Positions 33,046-40,217 of a stretch of DNA of 64,000 nt are shown here, one piece after another (positions within the stretch are counted from its first letter, which is position 1; each line of letters begins with the position of its first letter). Below the pieces are notes generated by a model. That model was given only the letters and a program-made list of their open reading frames with translations. It searched no databases and had not been told where the DNA came from. The stretch spans positions 30,050 to 94,049 of the forward strand of contig CALKGM010000005.1 in NCBI GenBank assembly GCA_938084675.1. The letters are read 5' to 3'. Made by a program: the position numbers and the translations under genes. This DNA comes from Candidatus Poseidoniaceae archaeon (lineage in GTDB: Archaea; Thermoplasmatota; Poseidoniia; Poseidoniales; Poseidoniaceae).

Positions 33046-34980
33046 ATGTCTGACGCAGAAGAACCTGTGGAACATTCGGTGGAGACTGAAGACGAACCTG
33101 TTCGAGGACACAATCGCCAACCCATTGTATCCGTTCTTGGCCATGTAGACCACGGCAAAACCAGCGTATTGGATATGGTTCGGTCTGTTGGAAGCGAGCG
33201 TCAAGCAAGCGTAATGGACCGGGAAGCCGGTGGCATCACCCAACACATCGGAGCCACAGAAGTTCCAGCGGATGTGCTCAATGAAACGTGTGCTGCGATG
33301 TTAGGTGGAAAGGCATTCAAATCACCGGGATTACTGTTTATTGACACCCCTGGCCACCACTCCTTTGCTTCACTACGCAACCGTGGGGGTTCTGTCTCAG
33401 ATATCGCAGTCTTGGTCGTCGACATAATGGAGGGCCTTCAACCTCAAACCATTGAGTCGCTCAACATTCTGAAAGAAACCCGCACACCGTTCGTCATTGC
33501 AGGAAACAAAGTTGACCGATTGCACGGATGGCGAACAGAGCATGGGCGCTCGTTCATCGAATCTTTTAGCGCACAGCGAGAAGACGTGCGAGCACTTTTT
33601 GAAGACCGATACTGGAAAATTGTTGGACAATTTTCAGAGCATGGTTTCAACCTTGAACGGTATGATAAGATCAGTGACTTCCGCCAAAATGTTGCTCTTG
33701 TACCTATGTCAGCCAAGGATGGCGAAGGTCTTCAAGACCTTCTAGCCGTGACCGTCGGACTCGCTGAACGGTTCCTCGAAGACAGATTAACCGACACCTT
33801 GGGCTCCGCTCAAGGCACAGTCTTGGAAATGCGTGATGAAGTTGGCATGGGGAAAACCATCGATGTTATTCTCTACCGAGGGCAACTCAAAATTGGTGAT
33901 TCAATCATGCTAGCTGGCATTGATGGTGCATTCACGACGCACATCAAGGGCCTAAAGCGTCCACAAGGGATGGCAGAAATGCGAGATGCTGGAAAACGGT
34001 GGATGAATTTTGATTCTGTCGATGCGGCATGTGGAGTGAAAATAGTTGCTCCAAAACTTGAATCGACCATTGCGGGAACCACGTTGCATCTTGCAAATAC
34101 CCCAGAAGAACGCGCCGTAGCTGAAGAAGCGATACGTGGCGAATGGAGAAGTATCTTTGATGCTATGCCGGTTATGTGTTCATCGTGTCATGAGATCTTT
34201 GCTCGTAAATCATTTCCCGAACATACGTCGGCTGGTGAGTGTCACGGAGCAGAGGAAGAGCGTAGTGGAGTTGTCATCAAGGCTGATACAGTTGGGGGTC
34301 TTGAAGCGTTGGCTTTTGAACTTCACCAGCGAAATATACCAGTCCGGCAGGCTACGGTTGGCCCGGTGAACAAAAAGGATATTCTTATGGCTAAATCCGC
34401 CAATGACCCGCTGCAAAAAGTCATTCTCGGTTTTTCAACCAAAGCCAACAGCGAAGTTTCTCAACAATTGGACCAAGAGGATTCCGAAGTAAAATTCATT
34501 GCTGGCCCCATTATTTATCACATTCTTGATGCGTTTGAAGCCTGGGTTGAAGACACCAAAAAGGCCATCGAGGAAGAGCAACGTGAAACCCTCGTATACC
34601 CCGGGCGTGTCTTGTACCTCAAGGACCACACATTCAGAGCCAAAGGTCCTGCCATTGTCGGGATGCGCGTTCTTGGTGGACGCGTCCACCTTGGCCAACG
34701 CCTCATCAAATTAGATGGTACACCTGTTGGCCAAATCAAGAGCCTCAGGACAAGAGCTTCTGAAGATGTCAAAGAAGCGATGCAAGGCGATGAAGTTGCA
34801 ATAGCCATTCAAGGTCCAACCGTTGGGCGACATATCGAAGAGTTAGATGAGTTCTATGTTGATGTCCCGGAGCGTCATGTCAAACGACTGAAGAAGGCCG
34901 ACTTGACTCCGATAGAAGAAGAAATTCTTGATGAAATCGTTAGTCTTCATCGTAAGGATAACCATTTTTGGGGCCGTTGA
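33046..34980 (+). CDS. infB: Translation initiation factor aIF5B (IF2 homolog) with a Cys/His-containing insert
   Basis: G-domain VSVLGHVDHGKTSVLD, DTPGHHSF, AGNKVDR. Domain III begins GVVIKADTVGGLEALAFEL. A roughly 30-aa insert MPVMCSSCHEIFARKSFPEHTSAGECHG precedes domain III. Confidence 0.93.
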   Translation: MSDAEEPVEHSVETEDEPVRGHNRQPIVSVLGHVDHGKTSVLDMVRSVGSERQASVMDREAGGITQHIGATEVPADVLNETCAAMLGGKAFKSPGLLFIDTPGHHSFASLRNRGGSVSDIAVLVVDIMEGLQPQTIESLNILKETRTPFVIAGNKVDRLHGWRTEHGRSFIESFSAQREDVRALFEDRYWKIVGQFSEHGFNLERYDKISDFRQNVALVPMSAKDGEGLQDLLAVTVGLAERFLEDRLTDTLGSAQGTVLEMRDEVGMGKTIDVILYRGQLKIGDSIMLAGIDGAFTTHIKGLKRPQGMAEMRDAGKRWMNFDSVDAACGVKIVAPKLESTIAGTTLHLANTPEERAVAEEAIRGEWRSIFDAMPVMCSSCHEIFARKSFPEHTSAGECHGAEEERSGVVIKADTVGGLEALAFELHQRNIPVRQATVGPVNKKDILMAKSANDPLQKVILGFSTKANSEVSQQLDQEDSEVKFIAGPIIYHILDAFEAWVEDTKKAIEEEQRETLVYPGRVLYLKDHTFRAKGPAIVGMRVLGGRVHLGQRLIKLDGTPVGQIKSLRTRASEDVKEAMQGDEVAIAIQGPTVGRHIEELDEFYVDVPERHVKRLKKADLTPIEEEILDEIVSLHRKDNHFWGR

Positions 34981-35071
34981 ATCTGCTTTTTATGTGATTC
35001 ACCAGTGAGCATTTTTGAAGAAGAGAGCGCACACATTCATATAAGAAATGAAAAAGTCTTGAATTATCACT

Positions 35072-35077
35072 GGAGGT
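35072..35077 (+). promoter_or_regulatory. Shine-Dalgarno-like element for the MoxR gene
   Basis: GGAGGT with a 6-nt spacer to the ATG at 35084. Confidence 0.45.
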
Positions 35078-35083
35078 ATTCTA

Positions 35084-36085
35084 ATGGAAGCAGGAATTCA
35101 AGCAGGCGCTCAAGGAGCACGAACTCAAGATTTGATCGCAACGGTATCATCAATCTCAAACAGTTTGATGAATGAAGTGAGTAAAGTTATCATCGGTAAA
35201 AACGAAAACCTCAGAAGAGTGACTGTTGGTATCCTTTCCAACGGAAACATGCTTTTGGAAGATTTCCCAGGACTTGCAAAGACACTTCTTGCAAACACCT
35301 TTGCACGGGCGCTTGGATGTAAGTTTAAGCGTGTCCAATTCACACCTGACTTGCTGCCTTCTGACATCATGGGGACATACATGTACGACCAAAAATCAGG
35401 AGAATTCAAACTTCGTGCTGGTCCATTGTTCTCAAACATCCTTCTGGCTGACGAGATTAACCGGGCCCCTCCAAAGACTCAAGCAGCATTGCTTGAAGCA
35501 ATGGAAGAGAAGCAAGTCACCATCGAAGGAATTACCCACAAACTTCCAGCTCCATTCGTTGTTATCGCAACTCAAAACCCAATTGAACAGGAAGGAACCT
35601 ATCCACTTCCTGAAGCACAAATGGACCGCTTCTTGATGAAGATGAGCATGGGATATCCTGACCGAGCTGAAGAAAAAGCTATCCTTGCTCGCCGTAAACT
35701 CCGAGGAAAGGACGAGCATGAGGTTGAACAAATCACTTCTCCAAAGAAGGTCGTTGCTATGCAGAAAGCCCTTGAGACCGTTCACGTTGACCCAGCCATT
35801 CTATCCTACATTATTGAAATCGTTCAGCGAACTCGTGAGGACCACCGTGTCACAAACGGAGCATCACCACGTGCAAGTCAGGCACTGTTCAAGACTGGAC
35901 GAGCCGCTGCAGCGGTTGCTGGGCGTAATTATGTCATCCCAGATGACATCAAGGGAATCGCTTTGCAGATTATTTCCCATCGTATTAACATGAAACCTGA
36001 GGCAAAGATCCGAGGAATTACCGGGATGCACATCGTTCGTAAGATCCTCTCGGAAGTACCTGTTCCGGTCATCCAACCTGCTTGA
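35084..36085 (+). CDS. MoxR-family AAA+ ATPase
   Basis: LLEDFPGLAKTLLANTFARAL (Walker A variant PGLAKT), FKRVQFTPDLLPSDIMGT, ILLADEINRAPPKTQAALLEAMEE, VIATQNPIEQEGTYPLPEAQMDRF. Confidence 0.88.
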   Translation: MEAGIQAGAQGARTQDLIATVSSISNSLMNEVSKVIIGKNENLRRVTVGILSNGNMLLEDFPGLAKTLLANTFARALGCKFKRVQFTPDLLPSDIMGTYMYDQKSGEFKLRAGPLFSNILLADEINRAPPKTQAALLEAMEEKQVTIEGITHKLPAPFVVIATQNPIEQEGTYPLPEAQMDRFLMKMSMGYPDRAEEKAILARRKLRGKDEHEVEQITSPKKVVAMQKALETVHVDPAILSYIIEIVQRTREDHRVTNGASPRASQALFKTGRAAAAVAGRNYVIPDDIKGIALQIISHRINMKPEAKIRGITGMHIVRKILSEVPVPVIQPA

Positions 36086-36141
36086 TACTCGCCTCCCAAG
36101 GCTTGCATTGAAAGGGGAGGGCTTTCCTAGGGTTGTCTATG

Positions 36142-36149
36142 GGAGGTGA
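36142..36149 (+). promoter_or_regulatory. Shine-Dalgarno-like element for parA
   Basis: GGAGGTGA with a 7-nt spacer to the in-frame ATG at 36157. Confidence 0.5.
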
Positions 36150-36156
36150 CTATGTG

Positions 36157-37116
36157 ATGAATCCTTACAAGATGGTCATGGCAGTAGCCAATCAAAAAGG
36201 AGGTTGTGCGAAGACGACGACCGCTGTGAACATCGCAGCTGCCCTTGCTAAAGGGTCTCGCCGCCAAGGTCTACCTCCGGCCAAAGTACTCCTCATTGAC
36301 CTCGACCCACAGGGCAACTGTGCAACATCATTCGGCCTTGAAAAGAAGAAAATAAAGAAAACGGTTTATGATTTACTCGCCAATGACTCTGGTGAAGAAC
36401 TTCCGTTGATGGACGAATATCTGATTCCTCCAGAAGAGATCACCCGTTCGATGCGGGAGGCTTGGTCAAACCGAAACGGCGGGAAAAAAATCCCCGATTC
36501 AATAAACGCTGGTGACCTATGGCTGCTTCCGAGTGATATCCATCTTTCAGGTGCAGAAATTGAATTGAGCCACAAAATTGGACGGGAAACACGTCTGCAA
36601 GAGGCTCTTCTTCCAATCGTTGATGAATTTGATTACATTATCATTGACACTCCCCCCTCACTTGGTCTGCTCTCAATCAACGCCATGTGCGCAGCCAACT
36701 GGGTCATGGTCCCCGTACAAGCGGAGTATTACGCTTTAGAGGGCTTCAGCATGCTCATGAATTCAATCAAGATGATTCAACGTCGTATTAATCGGAATCT
36801 GAAAATCTTTGGAATCGTCATGACGATGGTCGACGCACGCTCAAAATTGAGTACTTATGTGTGTGACCAAGTGAATAAGAAGATGCCAAATAAACTGTTC
36901 AACACTACGGTTCGTCGCTTAGCAAAGGTTGCTGAGGCACCTTGGAGCGGAGCGCCGACAGTGATCCTGAACAAACCAACCAACTCGGGTGCTGGTGCTG
37001 GAAGTTTGGAATATTGGACCCTAGCAAAAGAAGTTCATCAGCGAGTCCAATCCATGCGCCGTGAATTCGGAGTGGTTGAAGAATCCCGTCTTCGTAAAGA
37101 GCGCAGCATCCGTTAA
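36157..37116 (+). CDS. parA: ParA/Soj-type (SegA-like) partition ATPase
   Basis: Deviant Walker A VANQKGGCAKTTT, IDLDPQGN, IIIDTPPSLG, VPVQAEYYALEG. A roughly 35-aa insert relative to Soj follows DLLANDSG. The ORF track starts at a TTG (36133); the ATG at 36157 has the better RBS. Confidence 0.88.
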   Translation: MNPYKMVMAVANQKGGCAKTTTAVNIAAALAKGSRRQGLPPAKVLLIDLDPQGNCATSFGLEKKKIKKTVYDLLANDSGEELPLMDEYLIPPEEITRSMREAWSNRNGGKKIPDSINAGDLWLLPSDIHLSGAEIELSHKIGRETRLQEALLPIVDEFDYIIIDTPPSLGLLSINAMCAANWVMVPVQAEYYALEGFSMLMNSIKMIQRRINRNLKIFGIVMTMVDARSKLSTYVCDQVNKKMPNKLFNTTVRRLAKVAEAPWSGAPTVILNKPTNSGAGAGSLEYWTLAKEVHQRVQSMRREFGVVEESRLRKERSIR

Positions 37117-37223
37117 TCGTGCCTTCGACGCTCAAAAAATGCAGGACAAATCATGCTCGTGACCCACCAGGGCTTCGCACAGGTTAAGTAGGCAGCCAAT
37201 TCAAGGGTCTATTGGGTATCTTC

Positions 37224-37466
37224 ATGACAGGCGAAGGGATGACTTCAGTTAGTGTGAGCTATGAGATTCGTAGACAATTGAACACCATACGAACAACGGG
37301 AGGACACCGAAGTGTTAACGATCTCCTCAACGAAATGATTCGAACGCATAAAATGCTGAAGATGAAGGGCGAAATTGACACGCTACGAGAGCGGATGAAG
37401 ATGGCTGTAGATGTTGATGTTGACCACCTTGCAGAACGCTTGAATCTTGCCCCCTTTAATGTGTGA
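37224..37466 (+). CDS. Small ribbon-helix-helix-like DNA-binding protein (candidate ParG/SegB-like partner of ParA)
   Basis: Pattern of beta strand, helix, turn, helix: TSVSVSYEIRRQLNTIRTTGGHRSVNDLLNEMIR, then a helical tail. It lies directly downstream of parA. Start is ambiguous (TTG 37212, ATG 37224 or ATG 37239). Confidence 0.5.
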   Translation: MTGEGMTSVSVSYEIRRQLNTIRTTGGHRSVNDLLNEMIRTHKMLKMKGEIDTLRERMKMAVDVDVDHLAERLNLAPFNV

Positions 37467-37726
37467 TTACCATGATGCTGTGGCGCCCACCTGGTTATCG
37501 CTTTACTGCGAAAGAATTGGTAAAGGCTCTTTGTGGCGAAGATACCGATGAATCCAAGTTATTGATGGCTGCCATTTACGGAAAGGTCGAATTGTTCGCC
37601 GACTCCACGGCTTGGAATGGATTTCTGTGGCTCGTAATGAATACGTTCAAGATTGACGGTAAACCCATGTATTCGGGTTCTGAACTCGGTTCTTTGAAAG
37701 AAAGCCTTCCTATTGTCTGGGTCTAA
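37463..37726 (+). CDS. Hypothetical 87-aa protein, translationally coupled to the RHH gene
   Basis: The GTG at 37463 overlaps the upstream TGA (GTGA). An alternative ATG lies at 37472. No recognisable motif. Confidence 0.4.
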   Translation: MITMMLWRPPGYRFTAKELVKALCGEDTDESKLLMAAIYGKVELFADSTAWNGFLWLVMNTFKIDGKPMYSGSELGSLKESLPIVWV

Positions 37727-40155
37727 TTATCCCCATACTTTGCTAACCATTCATGGCCATACCAACGCCATTGATCGGCAGTCCAACCGTCCGGTAATCC
37801 ACCCTCTGGGAGAGGAGGAGCTTCATCGGGAATGGACGCTTCAGGTACTGTCTCTGGTTCAGATGGTGCGACTTGTGAAGGCATACCCGCAATGGATTCG
37901 ATGCTTTCTTCATCGTAGGTCATGCTCTTGGCTTCCGCAACTGTTTCACCAGACTTGAGTTCCATATCATCAAAGCCATTCTTTTCAGGTTGGAAGTCAA
38001 GTTGCTTAACGTCATCATCCCAAATGTCATCCGAAATGATTCCGCCATCAGCAGATATTCCTCCTTTTCCTTCCAATGCCTCCTTGGAGGCGTTTGTTGA
38101 TTGAGAAGCGGTGACTCCACCGTATACTTTCTGTGAACTGTTTTGTTTTCGTTTGTTGACCAGGAAGGCGACGAGGAGGATGACAACCGTTAATCCAGCA
38201 AAAACAGCAAGACCGATTTTAATGACTTGATTTAGAGTATCCTCATCAACATTGAGTGCAGAATTGCCACCTGCATCATCTTGAAGAGAGGCATTCCATG
38301 CATAGAACCCCAACTCAGTTTCATTGACTAACCCATTCCTATAGGCTTGATATGCAGGGTTATTCCAGCCAGTGCAACTTTCAGAAGTGTCGTTTTTATT
38401 GTTCAGGCAGTAATCTTGTTCTGTTGCAATGTTCGGACTTGTATCATCGTAATCAGCATTCGAACCGACTCCATCACCGTCTCCATCGTAGTGTTCGTTG
38501 GGGTCCTTATCCATCAATGGAGATTCTGTTCGGTCAACCCATCCGTCGCCATCGACATCCAGACATCCATAGGATGGTGTTTGAACGTATCCGATGGTGG
38601 TTTCAGAATCAATTTCCCATGCTTTCGTTGAGGTCCCATATTCCCAAGGACACGTGTCGGGAAGTTCACCATCCCCGTTATCCCCATAGCCGTCGCCGTC
38701 TTGGTCTTCCCATTGGGTTCCCTGTGAGGGCAATGCGTCTGCTCCGTCGAGTGCTGTCCACTCTGAATCAGGGTTGGAATAGCCGTCAAAGTCACCATCA
38801 GGACAACCAAAGCGGTCTTTCGTAGAAAATCCGTTTATTGTGGGGCAACTGTCTGGCCTGAATCCTTCAAGATTGTCCCCATAGCCATCAAGGTCAGAAT
38901 CGCTCCATTGAGTCGCTTCTTCTGGGAAAACATCCCCATCTTGACCGTTTGAATTATCACCGTAGCCATCCCCATCTAAATCGCTCCACTGGTCGGCGTT
39001 ATTTGGGAATAAGTCGGGGGATGTTCCCGTGGGGTTATCTCCGTAGCCATCTCCATCAAGGTCCTCCCACTGAGTTCCATCGGCTGGGAATGAATCCGGG
39101 TTGAAACCGTTAGCATCATCTCCATAACCGTCCCCGTCGGAGTCAGTGGATTGGGATGAATCGTTTGGAAAGTCATCGTTGAGGTCGTTTACTCCGTCCA
39201 TGTCAGAATCCAAATCGTAAAATTGAATTGCCGAAAAGGTTGGAGTTGTTCCTGCAATGAACAGTTGGCCTGAAAACGTGCCTTTGAAACCAATGACATC
39301 ACCTGTTCCAATATAGGTTTCCAATTCGGTGAAATCGGTTGAATTCACCAATGAAAATTGCCCCTGCTTTGCACCAATTGCAAACATGTCTCCATTCAGT
39401 GACATGAAGGTGATTTGTTTCGTATGTGGAAGGCTAAGCGTGTCAACATCCCACGAATCCGTATTGAATTTGTAGACGGTTCCTCCAGTTGTTCCTGCTA
39501 GAAGCGTTCCGTTCGATGTTTCAACAAGTGAAGAGATAATTCCTGTTGAATCCGTGATGGTATTGATGAGGGTGCCCCCATTATCGTGAATGTAGATGTT
39601 CTTATCATAAGATGCGATAGCGATGCGCCCATCTGTTAATATTTCAAACGCACTTATTCCTGAAGAAATGATGGTTGAACCGATTCCTGTTGGCGTGGAT
39701 GCAGAATATTCCTCAGCCCGACGTTTACCTGCGTACTGAGCAAGCCATAGGTCGCCTTGATGATCCCATTCTACATCATTAACGGGGTCAGGAAGAGTGA
39801 TGTTTTCTGTAATTGATTCTGTGCTCAATTGAACAACATATGCGCCGCCTTGATGAGCAATAGCAACTAATTCTTTGGCGTCGTCCAGCCGGGCTTTTTG
39901 TGCATCAACATCAAGGAAAAGTGTCCACTGTGCAGAAAGAACTCCATCGGTAAGCGTATTTACGCTAATGTTGCCATACGCATCAACGGTCAAAATGTTA
40001 CCATCATCAAGAACCGACCACAGAACTAAACCCCGGTCAAGTTCATCGGTTTGTCCCGCATCGGTAATGTTGGGTAATTCGGCGCTTGCGAGACCTAGTG
40101 TTGCACTTTGAAGGCACAAAATAAAGACTGCAACAACGGCATAGGCGCGCTTCAT
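37723..40155 (-). CDS. Membrane-anchored surface protein: signal peptide, beta-propeller-like region, thrombospondin-type-3-like Ca-binding repeats, C-terminal TM and acidic cytoplasmic tail
   Basis: The ATG at 40155 gives MKRAYAVVAVFILCLQSATLGLASA. Repeats of D-x-FP-x-D/E-x-x-QW-x-D-x-DGDGYGDN occur 5 times or more (nt about 38440-39215). TM segment IGLAVFAGLTVVILLVAFLV. The tail ends LPDGWTADQWRWYGHEWLAKYGDN. Confidence 0.75.
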   Translation of the reverse strand: MKRAYAVVAVFILCLQSATLGLASAELPNITDAGQTDELDRGLVLWSVLDDGNILTVDAYGNISVNTLTDGVLSAQWTLFLDVDAQKARLDDAKELVAIAHQGGAYVVQLSTESITENITLPDPVNDVEWDHQGDLWLAQYAGKRRAEEYSASTPTGIGSTIISSGISAFEILTDGRIAIASYDKNIYIHDNGGTLINTITDSTGIISSLVETSNGTLLAGTTGGTVYKFNTDSWDVDTLSLPHTKQITFMSLNGDMFAIGAKQGQFSLVNSTDFTELETYIGTGDVIGFKGTFSGQLFIAGTTPTFSAIQFYDLDSDMDGVNDLNDDFPNDSSQSTDSDGDGYGDDANGFNPDSFPADGTQWEDLDGDGYGDNPTGTSPDLFPNNADQWSDLDGDGYGDNSNGQDGDVFPEEATQWSDSDLDGYGDNLEGFRPDSCPTINGFSTKDRFGCPDGDFDGYSNPDSEWTALDGADALPSQGTQWEDQDGDGYGDNGDGELPDTCPWEYGTSTKAWEIDSETTIGYVQTPSYGCLDVDGDGWVDRTESPLMDKDPNEHYDGDGDGVGSNADYDDTSPNIATEQDYCLNNKNDTSESCTGWNNPAYQAYRNGLVNETELGFYAWNASLQDDAGGNSALNVDEDTLNQVIKIGLAVFAGLTVVILLVAFLVNKRKQNSSQKVYGGVTASQSTNASKEALEGKGGISADGGIISDDIWDDDVKQLDFQPEKNGFDDMELKSGETVAEAKSMTYDEESIESIAGMPSQVAPSEPETVPEASIPDEAPPLPEGGLPDGWTADQWRWYGHEWLAKYGDN

Positions 40156-40217
40156 GATGTACGGAAGTCCCCGTATGATATGAAAAGCGCGTATGGTTGT
40201 GAACGTTAGGATTAGAG

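Noticed and set aside
38440-39215. Periodic DNA repeats (gatggNgatggctacggNgat...) that could superficially look like a repeat array
   Set aside because: The periodicity is that of the in-frame DxDGDGYGDN thrombospondin-type-3-like protein repeats. There are no unique spacers of constant length and no cas genes, so this is not a CRISPR array.
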